Assembly (NCBI RefSeq): GCF_009914755.1
Contig: NC_060926.1
Origin: the human T2T-CHM13v2.0 reference genome, Homo sapiens
Strand: one strand, 5' to 3'
Length of the DNA stretch: 64,000 bases
In this document: positions 28,521 through 40,990 of the stretch, in pieces
Layout: each line of letters begins with the position of its first letter
Numbering within the stretch: position 1 is the stretch's first letter
Notes under the pieces: generated by a model
Seen by the model: the letters and a program-made list of their open reading frames with translations, nothing else
Told to the model about the DNA's origin: nothing
The model's database searches: none
Position numbers and translations under genes: made by a program

Positions 28521-28714
28521 CATGTTAGCTCTGGGAATCCTCCACGACAAGACATGCATGGCCCCTGCCTCGCCACCACCACTGGAGCTGACGCTAAACA
28601 CATAATTGGACAAATAATTCATTAGAGTGAGATGAGTGCGAAGAAAAAGGACAAAGTGCAAAGTGCAACAGAAGCGCGCACCAGAGGGTCAGAAGGAGCA
28701 GAAACCGGCCAGAC

Positions 28715-28913
28715 CAGGGTCGGCAAACTTCATACGGCCAAGCTAGTTCTAATAAAGTCTATTGCAACACAGCCTCACCTTTTCATTCACAGATTGTCTG
28801 TGGCTGCTTTCACTCTACAACAGCAGAGTTGAGTGGGCAGGACAAAGACCTTCCAGCCCACGAAGCCAAAAATACGTTCCACCTGGCCCTTTAAGAAAGT
28901 TTGCTGACCCTTG
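28715..28913. mobile_element. MER58A-like hAT-Charlie MITE
   Basis: Terminal inverted repeats CAGGGTCGGCAAACT / AGTTTGCTGACCCTTG; internal TTGTCTGTGGCTGCTTTCAC..CAGCAGAGTTGAGT. Confidence 0.85.
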
Positions 28914-29089
28914 AGCTAGAGGAAGAAGAAAGGGAGGCTGTCCACACAGATGGTGGAGGGAGGCTGGGCTGGGGTGGAAGGAACTTGGAAAATGTGAGTC
29001 CTTTGGGCATGCACTCCCTAAGAACCCGTGTCTCAAAATGCATTGACAAAGACACCTTGCTTCATCTTCTTCTCTCTGGCCTCTGAGGA

Positions 29090-29620
29090 AAAGGCCAACC
29101 CTCCCCTCTGCTTTCAGATCCCCTCTCCGCTAAGAACATTCCCTTCCAGGCATTCTGTCACCTGCATCTTCAGTCTCACTCTCTACTAGACCCCTTTCCT
29201 CACTGCCTCTCTCAATGACAGCCATCATCACCCTCCCCATCCACCCAGGCCAGAAACCTTGGGGACATTCCTGCCAGCTTCTCCTTCACAAGTCCCATGG
29301 CTTCCTCCCCATGACCACCCTCCTACTGCCCCATCCCCTCCACCTCCATTGCCGCTGCCTACTTCAGGCCCTCATCAGCTCATACTAGAACCATCTCCTT
29401 CTGTTCCCTCTTCCCCAACAGCCAGTCATCCTGCCTCCAGCCCCAGGCCTTCGCACCCAGCCTCCTCACTCTGCCTTCAGGGTCATCACTCTAAAATGCA
29501 AATCTAATCAAGTCACTCCCCTGCCCAAAACCCATAGGTGGCTCCCAAATGTTTATGGTTAAGAATCTGAACCTTTCAGCTCTGCATGATCTGCCCCCAC
29601 CATGTCTCCAACTTTACCTC
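29090..29620 (+). mobile_element. L2 fragments
   Basis: CTAAAATGCAAATCTAATCAAGTCACTCCCCTGCCCAAAACCC is L2-like. Confidence 0.65.
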
Positions 29621-29659
29621 CTGCCAACTAGAATCATCTATCCTATTGTGACAATTATT

Positions 29660-30185
29660 TCTCTTTCTCTTCGGCCACCTAACAGCTTTGGATGCCACTC
29701 CATTTTTCACAAGTTCTTCACCTCACAAGATTTTTGGCAAGAGAACAACCACCAGATATTCATGATCCCAGCCTCTGTTGCAAGGTGCATGTTGCCTAAA
29801 GTGACCTAAGTTTCTCCAGTCAGATAAACCCAAGTCAGATTCTGAATCTGAGGCTAGAAGCATGGAGAAAGAAGCACAGCCCAGAACCCATTCTGGTGTG
29901 TGCGGAGGCGGTGATGTCAAACTCTAGGGGTATTTCCAGGGCCCAGCACTGTGGTTTCAGTGGTGAAAGCCCTGATTGCTGTGTCCAGCAAAGGCAACAC
30001 TACCTCCTCTAGACTGCACAGTCTGAGGTGCAATTTTCAACATGGTTCATGCATCCATAGCACCGAGCCTGGGGCTTCTGCACTCCTAGAGATTCTGTGA
30101 TCTCTCGGTATTTTAATAAATTCATATTTTTCTTCTTAATCTAGCCAAGTTAATTTCTGTTGTTTGATACTAAGAATCCTGCCTG
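29660..30185 (+). mobile_element. Old MLT1 (MaLR) LTR remnant
   Basis: AATAAATTCATATTTTTCTTCTTAATCTAGCCAAGTTAATTTCTGTTGTTTGATACTAAGAATCCT resembles the MLT1 3' end; 5' boundary uncertain. Confidence 0.5.
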
Positions 30186-30264
30186 CTATGCCTCTGAAGT
30201 CTTTTTTCATATCCTATTTCCACTTGAGAAGGAAAAACTAAGCTCTCTCTATGCCCCCACTGTG

Positions 30265-30282
30265 TGCACATGCACGCACGCA

Positions 30283-30319
<37 letters not shown>

Positions 30320-30323
30320 AGAG
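30265..30323. repeat. (GCAC)n-(CA)n-(GA)n compound microsatellite
   Basis: Direct read. Confidence 0.95.
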
Positions 30324-30382
30324 AACTGCAATACATGTATGACATTTATTTTCCTGTCTACCTTCCCCTGGATTATGAACTC

Positions 30383-30620
30383 GTTCATTCATTCATTTAT
30401 CAAACAACATTATGTTTCTACTAAATACTAGATACTGCCCTAAGTCCTGGAAATATAGTGGAGAATAAAATAGAAAAAGTCTCTATCTTTATTGGGCTTA
30501 TATTTTAGAAGGAAGAAGCTGCATTAACTTATTAATCTTCAAGCACCCACTAGAATGCTGGACACAGAGAACATACTCCACACATGTTTACTGAATGAAT
30601 GGATGAATGAATGAATGATG
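30383..30620. mobile_element. Two L2 3' ends in opposite orientation
   Basis: TTCATTCATTCATT.. (minus) and ..TGAATGAATGGATGAATGAATG (plus). Confidence 0.65.
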
Positions 30621-31889
30621 ACTTTTGTGGCCTAAGCCATTCCCTTGCCCCTCTTCAATGCAGACTAAAGGCTAAGATCCTATGATGCCCATGACTTCCA
30701 CTCTGAGCTTTGCTTCCCCACCAGCACATGATTATGAAAGGGGATTGACTCCATGACATGCCCTGATCCCATTTGCCTTGTATTAAATCCCTGTAGTAAG
30801 AATAACTACCTTATCGCTTTTAAGCAGTGTGAAGTGAACACTGGCTGGTTGTGTGTTCTGGTTATTGGAGTTATCAATGACCAAGGGTTTTGATCTATTT
30901 CCTTGTGTTCTCTTTAGCCTAACTCATCCCAGGACTGGGAACATAGTAGATGTTGAATAAATTGAGATTGAACTTGACTTAGTTGTTGGATCTATGTACA
31001 TATATACTCACAAACAGAGCACGTGAAGAGAGCCACAGGGTCTAATTTTTGCAGAAAAATTCAGAACAGCCTCTGATTAGTGAGTTTGTTCCATTTCCCA
31101 AGAAATCATTTTAACCTTTAAACACAGAAGGTCAGCGTCTCCTCTCTCTGCTCATGCATAATTCCCCTTGCCCTCTGCTCTTCAGTGCTGCAGCTACCTG
31201 CTGGAGAGAGAGCACTGGAGTCACCCAGAGGAAGAACACGGGTGCTCAGAGGCCCAGACCGCCTCCTTGGGATTGACGAAACCCTCAGAATATGTTGTCT
31301 CATTTGCTACATCATTAATAAAATTGCAAGAAGTTTGGGAGAAAAATTTCTCCCACCTAGAAAAATTAGCATTTATGCCACACACTGTGCAAAGTTAAGA
31401 AGATGAACAAAAGTAAAACAGAAAATGTTCCCTTTGAATCTTATTTGCAGTCAATGCCAGCAGAGGACCTGAAAGAAAGGAAAGAGTGGGATAGATCCGG
31501 TTGGGTGAGTGAGGGTTGCCAGGTGGGCACTGCGGGTGGGCCTCACATGGGGGCTGGAGGAAACCCAGCCAGCCCCAAGCATTCGAGGGTGATCACAGTT
31601 GGTGAGTGGTGGCGGTGTTGGGTGTGGTCAGTGATGGGGGTCCTACGATGGACAACAGCTCACAAGAGACAGAAAAATGCACACTGACTGACCTAAAGCC
31701 AAGGTCAGAGAGGCTGGCTTGGTAATTTCCTGAAAGGCCTCAACTGGCCTGTGGGGCTGGGCCTGCTGCCAGAGGAAGTCAGGTAGGTAGAGACATCTAA
31801 GCAGGTTGTTCTAATAAATGAGACTAATTAGTCATAGGACCTAGGATCTCAGTCCTTTTGAGCAGCCATGTCAAACAGCTAATGGTATA

Positions 31890-32170
31890 AACACTTGCTC
31901 CTAGAAGTCTTCCCTGACTCCCCCATCTCTCACAGCACCTCATCATCCCAGTTCCCATTGCCCTGCTTTATCTTCTCCTCTCACCTCTTACTGCCAGCTC
32001 ATACAGCTACTGATTTGTATGGCGTATTGTGGACTGTGGATTGGATCACATCATGTTAGTAGAATACAAGCAGTATGAGGATGATGTCATGTTATTCACT
32101 GCTGTGTTCCTAGCCCCTAGCTTCTGGATCAGTGCCTGAGACCCCACACATATTTATTAAACTTGTAAGT
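31890..32170 (+). mobile_element. L2 3' fragment
   Basis: AAGTCTTCCCTGAC..TTATTCACTGCTGTGTTCCTAGCCCCTAG. Confidence 0.65.
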
Positions 32171-32263
32171 AACTATATTCTGAACTAAAACTCCTAACTC
32201 TTTTCACTTAAACTGTTCATAGGCTAAGTAGTTTACTTGTCCCATATTTGTGCAATTATTAGC

Positions 32264-32499
32264 TTTTTTTTTTTTTTTGAGAAGGAGTCTTGCTCTGCTA
32301 CCAAGGCTGGAATGCAGGGATGCCATCTTGGCTCACTGCAACCTACACACCACCATGCCCAGCTAATTTTTGTGTTTTTAGTAGAGACAGGGTTTCACCA
32401 TGTTGGCCAGGCTGGCCTTAAACTCCTGACCTCAAGTGATCTGCCAGCCTCGGCCTCCCAAAGTGCCGGGATTATAGGCATGAGTCACTCTACCCAGCC
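32264..32499 (-). mobile_element. AluS with about 61-bp internal deletion
   Basis: Poly-T, Alu body; TSD AATTATTAGCTTTT / AATTATTAACTTTT. Confidence 0.95.
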
Positions 32500-33444
32500 A
32501 ATTATTAACTTTTAGCTAAGAATGCAGCATTTTATCTTTCAGGTTTTAGACCTTTTTCCAGCCTTTTGTGGTTCATACGTCTTGATTCCAACACAGTTTC
32601 AGTTTCTCTCAACATTGGTCAGTTCCCCCAAAACCAAGGCCGCATACCGTCACCCCTCTATCCAACGGGTTGACAAAGACTGAAAATGCAGAAGGAGCTT
32701 CCTGACAGGCCAGCAGATAGGTCCCTGCAGGCCTTGATTAATTGTTCCAAATCATTTGAGTTGGGAGACCTGAAGACAGAGGCTCTCCACCCTGGAAAGC
32801 AGCTTAAAGATCAAGTGACTAGATGCCTCGATTTTACAGATGGGGTAGTGACATCTGCCATCATCCAAAGTGCAGTGATGAGTTTAGAAGCCGTGCCCAA
32901 GTGAAACAAGGATTTCCAAATCCTGAAAACAGCCTGTTTGCGTTGAGTGGGAGCTTCCATAGTAACAAGCTTCCAGGGTGGTCTGGACTTCGATGGGCCA
33001 ATCCAGAGCCTGAATTTGCCATCACCCACGCTGGATGGGTGGGATCCATTCACAAAGTTCGTCTCCTCTCTTTTCTCCTCCTGAATGTGGTCCATGAACA
33101 GCAGTGGGAAGCTTGGGAAGCCTGCACAGAGATTTTGTTCTCTTACTTTTTCACCCTTTCCTTTCTTCTCCCCCTTCCTGAGGTGGCCAACGCTCTCCTG
33201 ATCTCTTTGTTTTCCACCCTGCTAATATTCGTAAACTTATTTCAATGGGGTGCATATGTCTGGAGGCACTGATGAGCTAGGGCCAGTGGATACTCAAAAA
33301 TAAAACAGAGGTTTCTTGGCACTCAGGAAGCACAAAAACCTTTGGCTTTCAGTCACTAGTTGAGAATTTACAGAAAATGTCTCTTCAAATACCCAGAAAT
33401 ACAAAGGTCATGGGAAGATCCAATCATAATATGTATTGTTGAAT

Positions 33445-33478
33445 AAATGAATGAATGAATGAATGAATGAATGAATGA
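33445..33478 (+). repeat. (ATGA)n, probably an L2 tail
   Basis: Direct read. Confidence 0.9.
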
Positions 33479-33514
33479 CTTCAGTAAATGATAAATAGTA
33501 AGTGCACATAGTAC

Positions 33515-33812
33515 TGGAAGCTGTTGGTTTTCTCTTGGGAGACTTACTTTGGTCCAAGTGGAGACATCAGGGGAAATTCCAAACAGTGTCTCTAAGAAAA
33601 GCCAGGCGGGGAGAGTCCAACGCTGGGATGCAATTTGTACTCCAGGGCTCATGGTGGAACCAGGGAATGCTGGTGTGTGGCTGAGATCACATCCTTCCCT
33701 AGCTTTCTTCCCCCGCCCTATCCTCTCTCCCTCACTCCCCGAGAGTACTCCCTCAGTAAGTCACTTTCCTAAGAACCTCCTCCTCAAGCTCTGCTTCTAG
33801 GGACCTAGGACA
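33515..33812 (+). mobile_element. LTR16-like ERVL LTR
   Basis: Ends CTCAAGCTCTGCTTCTAGGGACCTAGGACA; GAGTACTCCCTCAGTAAGTCACTT. Confidence 0.7.
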
Positions 33813-34621
33813 ACATACTTCTGCCATGTGTAGTGGAGTGTTTTGTATTTGATCTGGCCCTTTACCATCCTTTTACTTTCCTCCCACCCTACCGGTCATC
33901 TCCTGCCCCAGATTCCACATCAGCAGACTTTCCTTCTGCACACTGCTGAGGGTTAACAGCTGAGACATTCCTGGTGGCCACAATCACTCATGTATCCTAA
34001 TTTGAAGATGCGCAGATGTGAACGGTCTGGAGCCACACTTGTAGACACAAGGGGAGCAGCTTTGCTTGTGAAGCCAAGAACGACACGAGAGTTTCAAAGC
34101 TGCCAAGAGGTGTCTTCAATTACATGAACAGAACCCGCTGTTGCAGTCATTAATTATGTATGGAACAGATTTGGGGAGGAGGACTAGGCAGGTGGTAAGA
34201 CAAGTAACACCATGAGGCGGACAGAAAGAGGGAATTGCACATGCTTATTTTACAAGCTCATGGGGTGGTCTCCTTCCCAGAGCAGCTGGCCACTTCCCTT
34301 TCCCTTCTAGGAGGCCTGGAAGAAAGAAGGTGCTCTAGAGGCCAAGGCTTTAACGGTCTTGGCCTGCTTGGTTCTAGACTCGGAAGGACTGTGGTCTGAA
34401 ATTGCTCCTGCAGCTCTGTGGCCCATGTGCAGACACCTGCTCAGTGCTACCAGAAAGTCCCCTGGCCAGCTCGTTCCTTCCTGCTCCACAAGGCGACAGC
34501 AAGCATTCTCCACTCACCAATCTCTTTTTCCCACCACCTGCTTCTTCATTCCCAGGAGATCCGTACCTCCAATGTCACATACATGTAGCAGGCAGCAAAC
34601 GCAAACTCCTGAGTCCCTTGC

Positions 34622-34698
34622 TTACACATACACACAACACACGCAGACAACACACAACATATACACACAATACACATATAACACACATGCATGCACCA
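34622..34698. repeat. CA-rich degenerate simple repeat
   Basis: ACACATACACACAACACAC.. Confidence 0.8.
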
Positions 34699-34699
34699 C

Positions 34700-35990
34700 C
34701 TGAATCTCTACCCACCCTCTCCTCTGAAAAGATGGCTGAGATGGCCTCCTCTTCCCACAGCCCACTCCACTGCTTCACCTCCTCTCCCACATGTGCAACC
34801 CCTCTAGCGTGGCAGCCTCCTTCCTGGGAGTATTTTATTGTGCTAGAGTTTCACTTCTTAAAAAAAAATGAGAAGAGTCGTAATGAACAGATTACCTCAC
34901 CTCCTACCTACAGAGAAAATAGAAAGCGTCAGATGGGCATTTCTCCTCTTCCCTCCCGCATGTAAACAAACCTACCTGGGCCACTCTGAGGGAAGCCATG
35001 TCCTCCTGCTTTACCTGAACAGCATCACCTGCGTTCCAGATCCACGTGTCCCCCTGCCCAAGGCAATTCACTTTTCCCTTAACTATTTCCTCTCCTGAAC
35101 ATTGTACTTTTTGCTCTGCCATCTCCTTTCTTTTTCCCATCTTTAAATGTGGTTTTCAGTGGTAAATCCTCAGCTCTCCTTTCTACTCATTCACTTTCCT
35201 GCCTTACTGTGTCTATGTGTCACAGCCTCTTCACTGGCATCTCCAGCCCCGATCTTGTTCCTAAGCACATCACAGGTGTTAACAAACTTCCTAATGCACA
35301 AGAGCCTGCAGCAAAACAAAACCGACCCAAAACTAAAATTCTCACAATGCTCCCCTACCCATTTGCTTTTTTTTTTTTTTTTGAGACAGAGTCACATTCT
35401 GTCACCCAGGCTGCAGTGCAGTGACGCAATCTTGGCTCACGGTAGCCTCAGCATCCCTGGGCTCAGGCAATCCTCCCATCTCAGCCTCCTGAGTTGCTGG
35501 AACTACAGATCACACCACCACACCCAGCTAAGTTTTGTATTTTTGTAGAAATGGGTCTTGCCATGTTGTCCAGGCTGGTCTTGAGCTCCTGGGCTCAAGT
35601 GAACTGCCTGCCTCAGCCTTTTAAAGTGCTGACATTACAGGCTTGAGCCACTGCAAACGGCCCTTAGCTCTTTATCCTTAATGTCTCATAGTAAATTAGC
35701 ATTTCCAGCCAGCCAGATGCCCAAATCAGAGAGACCTAGAAAAGGTTCTTGACCCTTGACCTTTAGCTTCCTTCTTCCTTAACCAGCAAACCTCCATGCC
35801 CTATGTCTCCTAAATGTCCTTCAAATCCATCTTTTTCTCCCTCACATTCTAACACTGGAATAGTCTCTGTCCTAATATGCAGCCCACCCCACCCCCACTG
35901 CAGCCAGGTGTCTCTAAAATGCAAACTGGAAATTGCTACCCTCTCCTTAAACCCCTTCCTTGAATATCTGCCCACACTCACAGTCCTCTT
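34700..35990 (+). mobile_element. L2 fragments flanking AluJ
   Basis: GGCATCTCCAGCCCCG..; CTAAAATGCAAACTGG; pyrimidine-rich L2 ORF2-like sequence. Confidence 0.55.
35367..35662 (-). mobile_element. AluJ
   Basis: Poly-T, GGGCTCAGGCAATCCTCCC and CTCCTGGGCTCAAGTG J-type features. Confidence 0.95.
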
Positions 35991-36257
35991 CCCAGGAGAA
36001 ATAGACTCAGAGAAGAGAAATTGAGCACAATACAGCAAATCCAGGGGAAAGGAAATTATCAATTCGTACATTTGTTTGTTTATTAAATTATACCTTCAAA
36101 ACTTGGAGTTAGTCCTTCTGGGAGTCTCCAGGTCCAAGCACTTAGTTTCCTTGTTTATTTCCTTTATGTTTACCTCCATTTGTTATTGTTTTCTTGGATT
36201 CACTGTTTCTGTGCTTTCTTTAAAATCTGTCTTCCCTTTAAGAATACATTCCTCAAA

Positions 36258-36530
36258 ATACTAGACACTGGGGATTCTAAAAGGGGGCAGGTGGGAGGGA
36301 GATGAGGGTTGAAAAATTACCTATTGGGCGCAATGTTTAATACTCAGGTGGTGGGTACACTAGAAGCCCAATGCCTACTACTAAGCAATATATCCATGTA
36401 ACAAGCCTGCACTATGCAATATATCCATATAACAAGCCTGCACTATGCAATATATCCATATAACAAGCCTGCACTATGCAATATATCCATGTAACAAGCC
36501 TGCACATGGACCCCCTGAATCTATAAAAAT
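36258..36530 (+). mobile_element. L1PB-type 3' terminus with internal tandem repeat
   Basis: GAGGGTTGAAAAATTACCTATTGGG..GGGTACACTAGAAGCCCA..CCCCCTGAATCTATAAAA; TSD-like AAGAATACATTCCTCAAA / AAGAATGCATGTTCCTCAAA. Confidence 0.88.
36381..36504 (+). repeat. Minisatellite, 4 x 31 bp (CTATGCAATATATCCATRTAACAAGCCTGCA)
   Basis: Units start at 36381, 36412, 36443 and 36474. Confidence 0.97.
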
Positions 36531-36609
36531 AGTTTTTAAAAAGTTTTCAAAACTTTTTAAAAAGAATGCATGTTCCTCAAAGAAAAGATCCACCATTAGA
36601 CTGATACGG

Positions 36610-36982
36610 TGTCTCAGTCAGCTAGGGCTGCTTATGTAAGATACCATGGACTGGGTGACTTAAACAACAGACATTTATCTGTTATAGTTTTAGAGCCGAG
36701 AAGTCCAAAATCAGGGTGCTGGCAGGTCCAGTGTCTGGGGAGGGCCTGCTTCTGGGTTTGCAGATGGCCATCTTCTCATTGTGTCCTCACATGGCAAAGA
36801 GCAGACAGAGAGGAGGCAAGCACTCTCATCTCTTATAAGAGCACTAATGCCATTCATGAGGTCTCCACCCTCATGACCTAACTACCTCCCAAAGGCTCCA
36901 TCTCCTAATACTGTCCAGTTGAGGGTAAGGGTTTCAACATATGAATTTAGATGGGGAAGACACAAACATTTGGTCCGTAGCA
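36610..36982 (-). mobile_element. MLT1A-type MaLR solo LTR
   Basis: TGTCTCAGTC..AAACAACAGACATTTAT..CCACCCTCATGACCTAA..TCCGTAGCA; TSD TACGG/TAGGG. Confidence 0.9.
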
Positions 36983-38165
36983 TAGGGTAAGCACAGCCTC
37001 TAGTACAAAGTGGGACACATAGTCGACACCAAAGAAATATTTATGGAGTAAGAATTGAATAATTGAAGGGACAGATGAATGGCAAATTGGCACATGGTAG
37101 TTGGCATATGGCATTCTGGCCAGAGTCAGCGCTATCAACACTAGATTTTGCCATTATCTATTGTCAAACATTTACCAAGTACCTCCCATGTTCAAAGTAC
37201 AGGCGGAATGGGCTGGGCACCAGGTAGACAGATGCAGAAGTTTCAATTCCTATACTCAAGTCCCTCTGGGGAGGCCTAACACTGAGGTACAAAGGACAAA
37301 CTCCCAGCAGAGTATGAACAGATCTCCCCATGCCCAGGGCCTGACTAAGCCTGGGCTGTGCCCCACAGAGCTGCCCACAGGAACCAGGCGCTGAGGAAAG
37401 TTCTCACTCCTCTGCCCTATGTTTTTCCAGATCCCATACACCCATTCCATCTGCTCAGCCTTGAGCCCGTGGGAGAATGTACCATGACTAGGGTCAGAGG
37501 CTGTCCTATGCCCTTAAAGGAAAACATGAGGGTGTGCAAATGTATAAGGAGAAAAGGAGGGGAGAACAGAATTGGGTTACAAAAAAGAAATAAAGAGAAG
37601 AAAGGGGAAAGGGAAAACCACTTAAGTCAACATTGCTCATCTCTCCTCCACCTTCCCAGCCCCAGAGCCCAGCAGGGCTCACTTGGACAATGCAATGTCC
37701 TTCTCATCAAATTCCCTGCTCCCACACTCCCCAGCTGCAACCCAAGCTCCAGCCAGGGTCTGCAGGAATCTTTTAAAGCATACATCAGGTTGTGCAGATG
37801 TGTCCCTCCCCTGCTTACCATCCTCCTTGGCTTCCTCTACATTGAAAATAAATCCAAAATTCATGCTCACTCTAAAAAAATCCCTATCTGACTTGGTTTC
37901 TGCCTCTCTAGACACTCCAGCCATGCTATTCTGCTTTTTGTACCCGGAAAACACCAGGCTTGGGGCAGCTTCAGGGCCTGGACTGCTCTTTCCCCTGATC
38001 ATCGCCAGGCTGGGTCCTTCCTGACACCTCCCCAATGCCTCACATGACCACCCCTTCTAAAGAAGTCACAGTGCCCACTCTATCTTACATTCCTGGGTTT
38101 AAATCCTCTGCAAAATTCTTACCACTGTTCTAATCTTTCATGACTACTTTTTTCTATATTCCCCA

Positions 38166-38790
38166 TGTATTAATTTTCTATTGCTGCAAAACAAGTGACC
38201 ACACACTCAGCAACTTAGAACAATACCCATTTACCAGGTCACAGTTCTCTAGGTTAGAGTCTGGACACAGAGTGGCTGAGTTCTTGGCTCAGGATTTCAC
38301 AAGGCTGCAATCAGGGCATCAAGTGGCTATATTCTCATCTACCACTTGGGCTTCTCTTCCAAGCTCACATGGCTGTGGCAGAATTCAGTTCCTTGTGGTG
38401 GTGGGATTAAGGCTCCCATTTCCTTGGAGGCAGTCAGCCTGGGTCTGCCCTCAGCTCCTGGAGGCCACCCACATTCCCTGCCACACGGCCCCTCCAACTT
38501 CAAGGTTGGAAATGGAAGACTCTTCTCCACATCAAATCCCTCTCACACTCTGAATATCTCTCACCCAGAAAAGCTCACGCCCTCTGAAGGGATCACCTGA
38601 TTATGTCAGGCACACCCAGCAGAATCACCTTTAAAGTCAACCGTGGCATGTAACATAACCTAAACATGGCAGTGACTGTCCGATCATATTCACAGCTCAC
38701 CTCCACACCCAAGGGATGGGAGGGTTACACAAGGCATGCTCACCAGCGGGTGGGAATCTTGGGGGCTATCTTAGAATTCTGCCTACCGTA
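38166..38790 (-). mobile_element. MLT1E-type MaLR solo LTR
   Basis: TGTATTAATTTTCTATTGCTGC..GGCAGAATTCAGTTCCTTGTGG..CTTAGAATTCTGCCTACC. Confidence 0.85.
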
Positions 38791-39110
38791 CCCCCACTGG
38801 AGTATTTGCCTGTCTTGTTATCTCTGCATCCCGAGACCTGGTATACTACCTGCAACCACATACAGTACATGCAGAAAATGATTGTACTACAGAGTGCAGT
38901 GTGGTCAACCAATGTGACTGCTCAGCAACTAAAGATGATCAAAGCCCAGGAGCCCCACCAACCCAAGCAGATTCTGCTCTTCCAGCCCAGGAACTGAGAG
39001 AACCAAAGTCCTGCATACCTGAATCCAGTCACAGTCCCCCTAGTGTGCCACAGCACATTTCAGGAAGCCTCTGGACTGGGATACTTCTAGCACTTAGAAG
39101 ATGCTTATTA

Positions 39111-39427
<317 letters not shown>

Positions 39428-40779
39428 TTATTTATTAATGGAATGAAAAGGAAGAGAATTCCTTCCAGAAACTAGAGATGGAGAGAGTTGGAAAGATCGA
39501 GGTGCTGGAGGAGCACAAAAGGAACCCTGAGCCAATCAAGAGCCTCTGTCTCTTCCACTGAAGGCCCACCCTATACCCAACTGTGCCCAAGGCCCAGCTT
39601 GCACCCAAGCCAATCTCCTCCAGGAAGCTCCCTCTGATACCCAGCCTGTAGTCCTCTGCACTGAATGCCTGCCTAACTCATTTAGCCTTTGTGGGTGGAC
39701 TGCCTTTGGACATCTATTTTCTTCTATGGCAAAGTAGATCAAATTATATTTGCTGCTTAGAATTTGCCATGCCTGAGTCTTCAGTCCCTGTCTCAACTAC
39801 ATTCCCCTTGAGGAGGTTGGCCATCTCACCTGTCTTTGTCGCCACCTAGTACAGAGGGAGCACATTCTGGCTGTGCATGTCACTCAGGACTTGCTTGGTG
39901 GTTTGGAATTGAGATCCGCAGAAAGCAGCAAATGGGAGTTAGTCTGGGTTGGGGTAGGCATGGGGCAAAGTGTGCTCGGGGAGGGGCATATAGGACTCAC
40001 CAGTGCTGTTGAGGTAGGAGGGGCACAGTATGAGGGCTCTGGCACCCCCAAAAAGAGCACAGAAAGATCAGAAGGTCAGAGAGGACAGAGAAGAGGAAAC
40101 AAAGAAAAAGCAACCAGACCAAGAAGGTGATTCTGCCTAAATCAGATGTGGCACCAGGCTGCTGGCTCTGTAAATGCAGGTTGCTTGCTTTTGTCCAAAC
40201 CTTCTAAAAGAGCCACAGGCATTCAGAACTGTCATCATTCTGCCTCATCCTTATTTCTGGTGGTGACAGTGGTCAGTATTTGGTGGACATTAAAGGATGC
40301 AGTGACATTTGTGGGGAAGATGATACAATTTGCCCTGAACATCTAAGAAGAGTAAAGAAAAACAATTTAGTATTCTGGTGGGGTAAAGGGTGACCACGGC
40401 CCATGAATAGGACCGTCACTAACACACAAACCCCTTTCAAGTGCATGAACAGGAAGATGCTGTCCACACCATGGGCTCCAAGAAGATTCTCAATATACCT
40501 AAGATGGGCCAGAAATGTACTAGACTCCTGTGCTTGGTCTAGGCTCCCCACCAGGGAAATTCACACTTAGAGGGAATCTGAGGGCGGCCTCACAGGTAAC
40601 AAGCAGGCTGGGCTGCAGGGCCTGGGAGAAAAGGAAGCTGGGATTATTCATCAGGGAAGACAGGCAGGCAGGATTTCATGCAATCTTCAGGTATCAGAAG
40701 AGTTCTTAGGCAGTGCAGGCTAAGTCTTGGCAGTGGCTACTGAGGATAGAATAAGAAAAGGAGCTTAATCCCCAGTATA

Positions 40780-40990
40780 AGGGATTTAGGATAGCTATGG
40801 GGGAGAAATTCCTGATGGTGAAAGTTGTTAAAAGTTGCAATGAATGGTCTCTAGAGAGATTCCGGTCTGCTCTGGAAGCTTTTACAAGTAGAAGAGATTA
40901 TCTTCTGGCAGAGGCAGCTTATCTCTAATCCTGCCTGAAGGCAGGGGAATGGACACAATGACCTCGGGGTCTCCTTCAGACTTGTAAAGC
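40780..40990 (+). mobile_element. CR1/L3 3' end fragment
   Basis: AATCCTGCCTGAAGGCAGGGGAATGGACACAATGACCTC. Confidence 0.6.

Noticed and set aside
28676-28694. CTCF-like GCACCAGAGGGTCA
   Set aside because: Mismatches at key core positions
30383-30620. Opposed L2 tails as an L2-derived miRNA hairpin (miR-28/151 type)
   Set aside because: Tails point outward and pairing is limited to the (ATTC)n/(GAAT)n ends
34402-34965. Longest ORF in the window (187 aa)
   Set aside because: Non-ATG start, runs through a CA-rich repeat and L2, no recognisable domain
36381-36504. 31-bp direct repeats of CRISPR-like length
   Set aside because: Head-to-tail with no spacers, L1-derived, eukaryotic context
37358-38035. 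Overlapping 113-177 aa ORFs
   Set aside because: No recognisable protein similarity or exon structure; expected by chance in GC-richer sequence
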